Translations under genes and position numbers: made by a program | Source: Ostreococcus lucimarinus | Taxonomy: Eukaryota | Length of the DNA: 64,000 bases | Assembly: GCA_000092065.1 (NCBI GenBank) | Contig: CP000596.1 | Reading direction: 5' to 3' (one strand) | Shown here: in pieces, positions 20,389-29,227 of the stretch | Numbering within the stretch: position 1 is the first letter of the stretch | Layout of the letters: every line of letters begins with the position of its first letter | Notes under the pieces: model-generated | Told to the model about the DNA's origin: nothing | What the model saw: only the letters and a program-made list of their open reading frames with translations | The model's database searches: none

Positions 20389-23300
20389 TTAGATCTCGGC
20401 CGAGGTGGAGACGTCGAGGATTCGACGGCGAATGACGCGGTCGGCGACGGCGAGTTGGGCGTCGGCGACGGAGGCTCGAACGGCGCGAATCGCGGATGCG
20501 GTCGTGGCGATGATGGCGATCGCGCCGAGAGGCGATTTGGGGGGTAACGTTCCCGCGCGAATGTGCGCGGAGAGGGCGTAGATGGCGTACACGGTGGGGA
20601 TGGCTTGGAAGACGTAAAAGGCGACGACGGCGAGGCGTTGCGACGCGGCGTACGCGACGGTTTCGTAGTGAGGAAAACCGCTCGCCGTTCGGGCGAATGT
20701 GCGGAAGTGTACCGTGGCGTCGCGGAGTTCGGTGATGAGCGAACACGCGATTGCGACGACGAAAACGTCGTGGTGCAACGCGAGGAGCGTGACGGCCAAA
20801 GCGACGACGCGGCGAAACATCTCGCCGCGCTCGCGGCGGGCGCCGTCGACGACGACACGACCGACCATCACCATGACGTACACCTTGAGTAACTCCACCG
20901 CAGCTAACTTTCCAGCCTGCTTTCTTTCGTTCGGAAGTATCCACGAGATGGCGGCGGCGCGCACGTTTTGCGTGTCGTCGATGAAGCGATACGCCGCCGT
21001 GCCGACGGCGGCGGCGACGACTGCCTTGGTCAACGGGACGCTGAGCGCCAAGGAACGTTCCATGAGCGTGCCGTGTGCGCTCGATGCTTCGGCGAGCTTG
21101 ACTTTACTAACCTTTTTACCGAGCTGCGGCAACGCCACGCTCGAGACGACGGCGGCTAAGAAGGTCGCGCAGCTAAAGACTGCGACGACGCCGACGAGCA
21201 GAGGCACAGCCATCGGGAGCATTTCCGTCACTGTTGAAGGATTGCGCTGCGCGAACATCGCACAGATGGCCACTACCACGGCTAAGTATTGAAATTCCGG
21301 CGCGATGGACGAGGTAGAAACCTCGCTTCTAGATGCATCGTCGCTCTTCTTGACCCACGTCATTTGCAAATCGTAAATCAACTTGTTCGCAAACGCAGCC
21401 TCGCAATACGCAAAGTAAAACTCAAACATGCGCAAAAACTTTCGTGAGTAGCCCATAGAAAGGATTCGTTGGGCGTGATGCATCATACGCTCGCGCCACA
21501 ATCGCAAAGTGACGGCATAATGCAAGCCGATATCGTCGTATCCCTCGAGCACGAGACCACGCGGCGAAGCGCTCTTCATCGCCCCCACCGACGGCAAGTG
21601 GCCACCTGGGAAAATGTACGCACGAATGAAGTCGCTTTCACTGTTGCAGTATGACTCGTAGCGGCCGTCCGGCATAGTGATGACTTGGATCGCGGCTCGC
21701 CCGCCGGGTTTCAGCACTCTGTGCACGGTGCCAAAGAACGTCGGCAAGTGTTCGTGTCCGACCGCCTCAAGCATTTCAATCGACACCACCTTGTCGAACG
21801 TTCCTTGCACATCGCGGTAGTCACAAATGACGATGTCGATCAAGTGTGACAAACCGGCGGCTTTGACGCGCGCCGTTGCTTCGGCGTGCTGCTCGTGCGA
21901 CAGTGTCAAACCAGTGACATGGCAATTCTTCTCGCTCGCCATGCGAATCGCGCACGTCCCCCAACCGCAGCCAATCTCAAGCACGCGATCGCCTGGCTTA
22001 ATACCCGCTCGAGCGATCATGGCGTCTATCTTTAAATACTGCGCCTCTTCCAAGTGCTTTTCTTGGGCCTCGAACGTCTTGAACTTCTTCAAAACGTCTA
22101 CGGACATCGCAGCGTCGTCGATAGCGCCGTGAATGGCGCTCGAGTACAACATGGTGTCATCCAAAAACAGCTTGTAGAACTCGTTTCCAGCGTCGTAGTG
22201 GTACTCTATGTTTTTACGAGATCCTTCTTTCGTGTTACTTAACGCCTTGTGTGCTGCCATCTCCATTTGCGCTCCTACCCAGTTAACCGCCTCCGTGAGG
22301 AGACCCACTGGGTCGAGACGCATCTTCGGCTTACAGCTCTCCGTCTCTGCGCCAGAAGCCGCGGGATGGCCTTTGCAAATCATGTCCATGAACCCAATTA
22401 AATCCACGTCGAAATCTCCGTTCATATAACACTCACCAAGACCGATATCTGCGCGCAAAATCGTTTGCATGAAGAGTCTTTGGTTGAATACCGTCATGGT
22501 AATCGTCTCCGACGACGCGTTGGCCTCTTTACCCATCATAAGACGTTCGCTTCCATCCGGTAAAATCATGCGGAGTCGTTTGTCGGCTGGTAACCACCCC
22601 ACGCACGCGCGCTGGAAAAGCGGTAAGACCATCTTCGTGCTCATGGACAACTTTGGATCGCACGACCGCGGCATCCACGGCACGGATGACTTGCCGAGCA
22701 TTTTGTCCACACAATCAACCGCTGATTTGATACCATCCTCGTGAAATCCGTAGCCGCACCACGCGCCGCAAAACCAAACCCGGTCTTTACCTTGTAACGC
22801 CTTGATCTCCTCCTGCGCCGCGATCGCGGCTTTGTTAAATAACGGATGCGCGAGCGTGACTTTGTGTTCGACCGAGCCTGCCTTCGGCTCGCGCGGCGGG
22901 TTCAGCGTGACGAACAAATCCTTCGTCCCAGGGGCGAGGTTTTGCAACAAGTTGACCCAGTAAGTCACACAAACGCTTCGATTTGCGGCTTCTTCGGCGG
23001 GAATGCCTAAGCGATCGCCGCGAAGGCAGTTCCACGATGCCCAGGCATCTTTGTTCCGCGGCATCATTGTTTCGTCGGTGTGCAAATACACGTCATTCTC
23101 TTGATACTTCACCGCCGACAGAGCCGAGACTTCTTCCTCGCTCGCAGCTTTGCCAAGTATTTGTAACGCTTGATCGCTATGGCACGCGAAAACGACGTCG
23201 TCGAAAACCTCGGTGGACTCCTGAACTTTTCCCTTGGCGTCCTCTGTCTTAAAAGTCACGCTCACGCCCCCCGCCACGCGGTACACCTTGGTCACGTACG

Positions 23301-24072
23301 CGCCCTTACGCACGTCTTTGAGCTCGCGCTCAACGGCGTCGACGTAAGCGCTCGATCGACCACTGACGACTCGCCAGAGAGGTCGCTCGATGATGTTTAA
23401 TAAGTGATGGTTCACCCAAAATCGTACGAGCGTGCGCACTGGGAACGCCATCGCGTCGTCGTCGCTGCAGCTCCAAATCGCCGCACACATCGGCACCACG
23501 TACGACTCTTGAAAGAACGCCGAGTACTTGCGAGCTTTGAGGTACTCACCCAAAGAGACGTCCGCGAACTCGCTCGCGCGTTCCGGCGCCAAAACCTCTG
23601 GCGCCTCGCGACCAAAACGTAGAATCTCCCGAATCATATTCAAAAACCGTCCGCTCATCGCGTTCGACTTTTGCGCGAACACGCCTTTCAGTCCTATGCT
23701 CCCCCACTCGACGTCTCCCGTGGACAATGAAAACGACATGTCGCTCGGTTCGCTCTCGACGCCGAGCTCGCCGAACAGGCCCACCAGGTGCGGGTACGTC
23801 GTCAGGTTGAACACCTGGAAGCCCAAATCCACGTCGCACTTCGCCGTGCTCGAGTATTGCGTCAGTGCGTGTCCACCGAGCTTCGTCGACGCTTCGAACA
23901 GCGTCACCGCGCCGCACGAGGGCGTCGAGGGCGCGCTTTGCGCTTTTACACTTTTTGGTCCGCCGCCGGCGTCGTCGGCGTTCTTTTGGAGTAAATACGC
24001 CGCCGACAGGCCGCTGACGCCGCCGCCGATGACGGCGACGCGTTTACCGCGTGTGGTGGCTTCGTCCTTCAT
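20389..24072 (-). CDS. FAD-dependent amine-oxidase domain fused to cyclopropane-fatty-acyl-phospholipid synthase (plant CPA-FAS type), with an extra C-terminal multi-TM domain
   Basis: 1227 aa. N-terminus MKDEATTRGKRVAVIGGGVSGLSAAYLL (dinucleotide-binding oxidase). Middle NIEYHYDAGNEFYKLFLDDTMLYSSAIH...VLEIGCGWGTCAIRMA...SIEMLEAVGHEH (CFA-synthase SAM methyltransferase). The last roughly 330 aa are seven or more hydrophobic helices with no family I recognise. Confidence 0.8.
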   Translation of the reverse strand: MKDEATTRGKRVAVIGGGVSGLSAAYLLQKNADDAGGGPKSVKAQSAPSTPSCGAVTLFEASTKLGGHALTQYSSTAKCDVDLGFQVFNLTTYPHLVGLFGELGVESEPSDMSFSLSTGDVEWGSIGLKGVFAQKSNAMSGRFLNMIREILRFGREAPEVLAPERASEFADVSLGEYLKARKYSAFFQESYVVPMCAAIWSCSDDDAMAFPVRTLVRFWVNHHLLNIIERPLWRVVSGRSSAYVDAVERELKDVRKGAYVTKVYRVAGGVSVTFKTEDAKGKVQESTEVFDDVVFACHSDQALQILGKAASEEEVSALSAVKYQENDVYLHTDETMMPRNKDAWASWNCLRGDRLGIPAEEAANRSVCVTYWVNLLQNLAPGTKDLFVTLNPPREPKAGSVEHKVTLAHPLFNKAAIAAQEEIKALQGKDRVWFCGAWCGYGFHEDGIKSAVDCVDKMLGKSSVPWMPRSCDPKLSMSTKMVLPLFQRACVGWLPADKRLRMILPDGSERLMMGKEANASSETITMTVFNQRLFMQTILRADIGLGECYMNGDFDVDLIGFMDMICKGHPAASGAETESCKPKMRLDPVGLLTEAVNWVGAQMEMAAHKALSNTKEGSRKNIEYHYDAGNEFYKLFLDDTMLYSSAIHGAIDDAAMSVDVLKKFKTFEAQEKHLEEAQYLKIDAMIARAGIKPGDRVLEIGCGWGTCAIRMASEKNCHVTGLTLSHEQHAEATARVKAAGLSHLIDIVICDYRDVQGTFDKVVSIEMLEAVGHEHLPTFFGTVHRVLKPGGRAAIQVITMPDGRYESYCNSESDFIRAYIFPGGHLPSVGAMKSASPRGLVLEGYDDIGLHYAVTLRLWRERMMHHAQRILSMGYSRKFLRMFEFYFAYCEAAFANKLIYDLQMTWVKKSDDASRSEVSTSSIAPEFQYLAVVVAICAMFAQRNPSTVTEMLPMAVPLLVGVVAVFSCATFLAAVVSSVALPQLGKKVSKVKLAEASSAHGTLMERSLALSVPLTKAVVAAAVGTAAYRFIDDTQNVRAAAISWILPNERKQAGKLAAVELLKVYVMVMVGRVVVDGARRERGEMFRRVVALAVTLLALHHDVFVVAIACSLITELRDATVHFRTFARTASGFPHYETVAYAASQRLAVVAFYVFQAIPTVYAIYALSAHIRAGTLPPKSPLGAIAIIATTASAIRAVRASVADAQLAVADRVIRRRILDVSTSAEI

Positions 24073-24242
24073 CTCGGCGTCGCCCGCGCGCGCGATGACG
24101 CGTCGAGCGCTGACGTCACTCTGAGGTGGTCACTTTAGGGGACGGCGGGACGAGGCGCGCGCGGACGCGAACGCGGCCACGTTTGGGCGCTACGATGATC
24201 TAATTCTAGTTACACGTTGTTGTGCTAATGTTTGAGCGCGCG

Positions 24243-25625
24243 CTACGTCCACACGATGTGCCGGTCGGAGGTGACCTCGTATCGGCGCTGGTCCACGAGG
24301 CGACGCTTTACGTGGTCGCATCGAAGGTCGGGGTGCGGGAACCGCGCGAGGTCGGCCACGCCGTCGTGGTCGAAATCGGTGGCGGATCGTAATGGAATGG
24401 CGGTCGTGGCGTCGGGCCCGATTCCGAGCGCGGCTTCGGCGTTGTGCTTGGTTTCGAGGACGTGCTGGAGGAATTGTTCCTTGTCGCGCGCGTCTCCGCA
24501 ATACGACGCCGTGACGGTGTGCGCGCCTGGGAACGTACCATCGTCTCCCGCGTTGGCGGTGATGAAATTTCCCGATTCTGCGGTGCTCATGGCGTGGATG
24601 TGGAACTCTCCCGCCGTCGTCGGCACGAGAACGTAGTTGAAGTAACTCTGCTCCGGAAATTCGCCGTAGTTCACCTTGGATACTAATCGACTCTCCCCCT
24701 CGAGCCATCGCTCGCACAAACTCACGCTCCGCGTCGTGGCTGGGAAAATGACGAGCTTCGTGTTCATGTTTCCTTGCGCCTCGAACTCGTTACCGACGTC
24801 TGAGCTCACGACGACGTCGTACTTTTCGAGCGCGCTCGTCCACGCTTCGGTTGGATCGGACAAAAACACCGTGTCCGAATCGAGCATCACCACTGGGATG
24901 CGCGCTTTCAGTAATTCTAAGGCCGCGTGTACCTTGCGCCACGACATGGCGTCGCGCGCGACGCCATCGTTCGGATCTTGCCCGTACGCCCGCGCGAAGT
25001 CGGCGTCGTAAAAGCAATCCACGCCGCGATGCGCCTCGCACGATCGCTGCGTCTCCGTGTCGTACGTCAGCACCGTGACGTGCGGCAACAACGCCGGTGC
25101 CCATCGTTTAACGCTCTGAATCTGCAAATACGTCATCCCCCACTCGAACGGCTTGGTGAGGATTAATATCCGCGCGTCGTCGCTCGCCCGCTGCGTCTCT
25201 CGCACGTGCGTCCGCAGCCCCGGCACGCCGCGTCCCGGCGACCGCAGTCCCGGCACGCGCGTGCGCAGCGATATCCTATTTATCACATCCGCCTTCGCCG
25301 GCGCCCGCATCCGCGCTTCCGCGCTCAACGGCGCTCCGAAAAAGTTCCCTCGCTCGTTCGCCGTCCCGCCCAGCCTCGCCGTCGCCCTCGATCGCCCCGC
25401 CGCGCCCTCTCGCACCGCCGCGACCGCGAGCGCGCACGCCAGCGCGACCGCCACCGCGACCGCGATCCCCGAGCCGCGCGTTCGCGCGCCGATTCGCCTC
25501 GCGCGGCGCACCTCGGCGACGCGTTCGTCCTCAACACCATTCGCTTCCCGCGCGCGCGACTCCGTCCCGTACGCCGTCGACGCGCCGCGCGCCATCAGCC
25601 CCGTCGCGGGGTCCTCGCTCGACAT
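24243..25625 (-). CDS. type-II membrane glycosyltransferase, nucleotide-diphospho-sugar transferase (GT77 / Nucleotid_trans-like)
   Basis: ATG at 25625 (MSSEDPATG..). Short cytoplasmic tail, then TM GIAVAVAVALACALAVAAV. The lumenal domain carries PVVMLDSDTVFLSDP (a DxD-type motif) as in plant GT77 RGXT/XEG113-like enzymes. Confidence 0.65.
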   Translation of the reverse strand: MSSEDPATGLMARGASTAYGTESRAREANGVEDERVAEVRRARRIGARTRGSGIAVAVAVALACALAVAAVREGAAGRSRATARLGGTANERGNFFGAPLSAEARMRAPAKADVINRISLRTRVPGLRSPGRGVPGLRTHVRETQRASDDARILILTKPFEWGMTYLQIQSVKRWAPALLPHVTVLTYDTETQRSCEAHRGVDCFYDADFARAYGQDPNDGVARDAMSWRKVHAALELLKARIPVVMLDSDTVFLSDPTEAWTSALEKYDVVVSSDVGNEFEAQGNMNTKLVIFPATTRSVSLCERWLEGESRLVSKVNYGEFPEQSYFNYVLVPTTAGEFHIHAMSTAESGNFITANAGDDGTFPGAHTVTASYCGDARDKEQFLQHVLETKHNAEAALGIGPDATTAIPLRSATDFDHDGVADLARFPHPDLRCDHVKRRLVDQRRYEVTSDRHIVWT

Positions 25626-25822
25626 CTCCGCGCGTCGACGCTCGCGCGCGCGCGCGTCGCGGTGTGCCGCGCGCGTCGCCCGCGCGCCGCGCGAAGATGT
25701 CGTAACACCCATCGACGGCGCGACACAAATCGTCGCGCGAGCGCGCGCGAGCGTCGCGCTCGACGCCCGGCGCCGACTCGAGCGACGCGCGAACGCGATC
25801 GACGCGCGATCGACGACGCGCG

Positions 25823-27406
25823 ATGGCGCGAACGGAGCGCACGGCGCTGCTGCGCGGCGATGAAGACGTGGAAATCGCGTTGAAAACGCGTCGCGGCGAC
25901 AAAGACGCGTCCGCGGACGACGCGCGCGAGGCTCTCGGGCGACGCGAGAGGCGCGCGCGCGAGTCGAACGGTGGCGCGGAGGCGTCGACGAGCGCGCGCG
26001 GGATGAAGACGGCGCGCGCGGTGGTGGTGGGGACGTTGGCGGCGGGGGCGATCGCGGCGGGCGTCGCGGCGTTCGCGGCGTCGCCGCGCGCGGCGTCGAT
26101 GACGGCCGATCGCGCGTTCGCGTCGCTCGGTGAGCGAGGAATGGCGATGTTGGGCTCGAGCGAGGGCGCGGGTCGCGACGCGAGACCGGTGCCGGTGCTG
26201 TCGAAACGATTTCCGGGATACGCGGCGCCGTTTAGCGGACGTTTCGAACGCATCGGCGAGTGGCCCGAGCACTGGTTGGTGAAGTGCTCGAAGCACGTGG
26301 TGTGCGAGCAATCACACTTGGGAGCGTTTTTGGGGTCTCGTGACGCGCCCGCGCCGTATGCTAACCCGCTCGGGCACGGGCTGCCGCGTGGATACGTGCG
26401 GCCAGACCAGGCGCGCATAAACGAGTTCATCTCGACGTGGGACAGCAACGCTAGACAGGCGCACGGGGGGGTGTATGAGCTGCCGCAAGCTGGCAAGGCT
26501 AAAATGGTCGCGATGGCGCATAATTCTGCGTACTTTTACAACTTTGTGCACGTGCCAAAGGCGGGCGGGTCGTATTTTTCCATCACCGTCTTGATGGAAG
26601 CCCTGGAGCGCAGCGGTGAGCATCACGGGTATCCGTACAAACTCACGCACGAGCCCGTATCGCACTGGATCACGCTTCCACAGGTGGATCTTACGCAGAC
26701 AAACGTGAAGGAGACGTATACACATTTCCAGGAAGGGAAGCCGGAGGGCATTTTTGGACCCGAAAATACCAAACAAATGTATAAAGAAGGCAAGCGGATG
26801 TTCGGAAAGGGCCAGTTCGGCATGGGACTGTGCGGAGTTATTCACGCACCGTGCGTGTACTTGACTGTGTTGCGCGATCCGGTGGAACGTTACTTGAGTC
26901 ATTACAAGTACTCGTGCTTGGCCGGGTCTGAGGGCGCCGCGCAGTGGTTACCCGAGTGGAAAGAACTCGACCGTTGCCCGTTGGATCCGATCGAGTTCAT
27001 GGACTACCTCGGACCAAACCTGGACTGGACGATCGAGCTCGCCCCTGGCGCGAAGAACGCGCAAGAGCGCATGGAGACAGCCAAAAGAAATCTCGACAGT
27101 AACTGCTTGCGATACCTCATACTCGAGAAGTACGAAGACGGGTTGGATAAACTCGGCGCGACGTACGCCGATTTCTTATTTTTGAACAAAGAGCCCGCGA
27201 AAGAAAGGCACAAAAAAAAAAACGAAAAGGCCAAAAACGCCGGGCACGGCGTGAGCGAAGGCGAGCAAGACAGGTTTGACATCTACATGAAGAACCAAAC
27301 CATCGTCGACGCCATCGCCGCGCGTCACGCAAAGATGAAGGAAGTGTACGACTACGCGGTCGCCAAATACGAAGCCAACTGGGCGCGCGCGCCGGGGAGC
27401 TGCTAA
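25823..27406 (+). CDS. type-II membrane carbohydrate sulfotransferase (Sulfotransfer_2 / HS6ST-like), paralog 1
   Basis: N-terminal TM ARAVVVGTLAAGAIAAGVAAFAA. 5'-PSB motif YNFVHVPKAGGSY and 3'-PB motif VLRDPVERYLSHYKYSCL. C-terminal YDYAVAKYEANWARAPGSC is shared with the downstream paralog. Confidence 0.75.
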   Translation: MARTERTALLRGDEDVEIALKTRRGDKDASADDAREALGRRERRARESNGGAEASTSARGMKTARAVVVGTLAAGAIAAGVAAFAASPRAASMTADRAFASLGERGMAMLGSSEGAGRDARPVPVLSKRFPGYAAPFSGRFERIGEWPEHWLVKCSKHVVCEQSHLGAFLGSRDAPAPYANPLGHGLPRGYVRPDQARINEFISTWDSNARQAHGGVYELPQAGKAKMVAMAHNSAYFYNFVHVPKAGGSYFSITVLMEALERSGEHHGYPYKLTHEPVSHWITLPQVDLTQTNVKETYTHFQEGKPEGIFGPENTKQMYKEGKRMFGKGQFGMGLCGVIHAPCVYLTVLRDPVERYLSHYKYSCLAGSEGAAQWLPEWKELDRCPLDPIEFMDYLGPNLDWTIELAPGAKNAQERMETAKRNLDSNCLRYLILEKYEDGLDKLGATYADFLFLNKEPAKERHKKKNEKAKNAGHGVSEGEQDRFDIYMKNQTIVDAIAARHAKMKEVYDYAVAKYEANWARAPGSC

Positions 27407-27438
27407 TCAGATCCCAAAATTAGAACCATAACTGTAAC

Positions 27439-27468
27439 ATCAACGCGCATCAACGCGCATCAACGCGC
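27439..27468. repeat. tandem 10-mer (ATCAACGCGC)x3 between the two sulfotransferase paralogs
   Basis: atcaacgcgc / atcaacgcgc / atcaacgcgc follows a TGTAA at 27433..27437. Confidence 0.8.
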
Positions 27469-27708
27469 TGGATGGAGCGCGCGTCCAAAGTCCAAAATCG
27501 CCGAGCGCGCCGCCGGCGCCTCCGTCTCGTCGATGTCTGCTCGCGCCTCACTGCGCCGCGCGCGGCGTCTCGCGCGAACGCCCACGGCTCGAACGCGCGT
27601 CTAAAACGCTTTCGAGCGCGAGCGACGCCTCCGCGTTCGCGAGCGATCGCCGGCGACGCCCCGAGCGACGATCTCTCGCGGCGGGCGGGGCGTAACACCC
27701 TCTGGACG

Positions 27709-29157
27709 ATGACGAAAGAAACGAGCGCCCACAACGCCGAGCGCGCGCCGTTGGTCGTGAAAACCACCGCGCGCGATGCGGTGGACGTAGAGATTGCCGA
27801 TCGCGCGCGTCACGCGGGCGGTGAAGGCGAAGCAACGCCGACAGCGCGAGGAAAGTGGTCGATCGCGGGCAGAGCGGCGTTGGCGGTGGCGTGCGCGACG
27901 TTCGCGGCGGTGGGCGTCGCGCGCGCGTCCACCGTTCGTCGCGGTGGTGAGGTCGTGACGTTGTTCCCCGAACTAGGTGGGGTTTCGGAGTGGCGCAGGG
28001 ACTTCGTGGCGGGGAAGATTGCGCCGGGGCGGAAGTTTAGCGACACGGTGCCGAGCAAGACGTGCGTGCGACAAACGAGCCGGAATAGATTGGAGGACGT
28101 GGAAAAGTATTACATCGTGAGGGCGATGAATCACGAAAACGAGCTGCATAAGGGTAATAAAACGATCGCGGCGATGCCGACGTACGATCACATAAAGGCG
28201 GAGTCGATGTTCATGACGGGCATGGTGAACAAGAATTCAGAGTCGCCGTACATGTTGCCGTCAAGCGGGTACGAGAAGAGCATCAAGCAGTCCGGAAACT
28301 CGGCGATGATGTATAATTTCGTGCACATTCCCAAGGCTGGGGGGACGTACTTGTGCGAAGTTTTGCAGCAGGTGCAATCTCATTTGGACGCTCGACACGG
28401 GAGCGTCTTTGGAAATTACAACCTGTACCGCGACCCATGGTCCATGAAACCGCTCTTAGACGCCACGTCGCGCAATGTTTGGCAAACCACGCATCTCATG
28501 AAAAGTAAGCTCAAGGCGTTTACCGACGAAAATCTGGCGAGAGGCTACGCCAAGGGCCAGCGGATGATGTCGAAGGGGTCGTATAATATGGGCTTGTGCT
28601 CAACCACGGAGGCGCCGTGCATGTACCTCACCGTTTTACGAAATCCCTTTCAGCGCTTTATGAGTCACTACAAGTATTCTTGCCTCGAAGGCGCGGAGAA
28701 CCGAGCGATGTGGATGCCGGCTTGGAAAAAGCAAGGCTCGTGTCCACTCAACCCATTGGAATGGTTTTACTTCACGCAAGGCGACGATTGGACGCATCTG
28801 ATCGCCCCGGGGGCGTTCCCGCGTGACTCCCAGTGTCACATCGACGCCGCGAAGAATAATTTAATGAGTGGTTGCATGCGATACTTGATCACGGAGAACT
28901 TGCACGACGGATTAGCCAAGCTTAAGAATAAGCTTCCAGATTTCGCGACGTTGGATCTCAACGCCGTCAAGTCGCTCTTCAAGAATGACAGCGCTGGTCG
29001 ATTAACGCCGGCGCTGCAAGCGAGGTTGAAGCGGTACGAGGAAGATAAGAACATGATGCACCAGATCAAACAAGGACTGTGGCATCAAACGAAAATTTAC
29101 AACTTTGCCGTAGAGAACTACGAAAAGTCGTGGGACAGAGACATTCAGACGTGCTGA
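27709..29157 (+). CDS. type-II membrane carbohydrate sulfotransferase (Sulfotransfer_2 / HS6ST-like), paralog 2
   Basis: ATG at 27709 (MTKETSAHNAERAPLVVKTTARDAVDVEIADR, parallel to the paralog-1 N-terminus). TM AALAVACATFAAVGVA. Motifs YNFVHIPKAGGTY, VLRNPFQRFMSHYKYSCLEG, and C-terminal YNFAVENYEKSWDRDIQTC. Confidence 0.75.
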   Translation: MTKETSAHNAERAPLVVKTTARDAVDVEIADRARHAGGEGEATPTARGKWSIAGRAALAVACATFAAVGVARASTVRRGGEVVTLFPELGGVSEWRRDFVAGKIAPGRKFSDTVPSKTCVRQTSRNRLEDVEKYYIVRAMNHENELHKGNKTIAAMPTYDHIKAESMFMTGMVNKNSESPYMLPSSGYEKSIKQSGNSAMMYNFVHIPKAGGTYLCEVLQQVQSHLDARHGSVFGNYNLYRDPWSMKPLLDATSRNVWQTTHLMKSKLKAFTDENLARGYAKGQRMMSKGSYNMGLCSTTEAPCMYLTVLRNPFQRFMSHYKYSCLEGAENRAMWMPAWKKQGSCPLNPLEWFYFTQGDDWTHLIAPGAFPRDSQCHIDAAKNNLMSGCMRYLITENLHDGLAKLKNKLPDFATLDLNAVKSLFKNDSAGRLTPALQARLKRYEEDKNMMHQIKQGLWHQTKIYNFAVENYEKSWDRDIQTC

Positions 29158-29177
29158 GACCAATCGAGAAAATCTGT

Positions 29178-29182
29178 TGTAA
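29178..29182 (+). promoter_or_regulatory. putative TGTAA polyadenylation signal downstream of sulfotransferase paralog 2
   Basis: It lies 21 nt after the stop codon. Similar TGTAA pentamers occur at 561..565 (RPL30), 27433..27437 (paralog 1), 52493..52497 (citrate synthase), and on the minus strand near 43480 (TPX2-like) and 39735 (METTL5). Confidence 0.35.
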
Positions 29183-29227
29183 TATGCAAAACGCTAATTA
29201 GTGGTGCTAACCCGCTGAGATGCTCGC

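Noticed and set aside
20389-24072. Reading the amine-oxidase / CFA-synthase region as a horizontally transferred bacterial operon.
   Set aside because: The two functions are fused in one continuous frame, as in plants. Codon and GC usage match the neighbours. The flanking genes are typical eukaryotic genes with introns. Nothing suggests a recent bacterial insertion.
27439-27468. Short direct-repeat arrays (10-mer x3 here, 8-mer x5 at 725..770, 21-mer x3 in eIF4B) considered as possible CRISPR-like arrays.
   Set aside because: This is a eukaryotic nuclear context. The repeats are contiguous with no spacers, and no cas genes are present. They are microsatellites or coding repeats.
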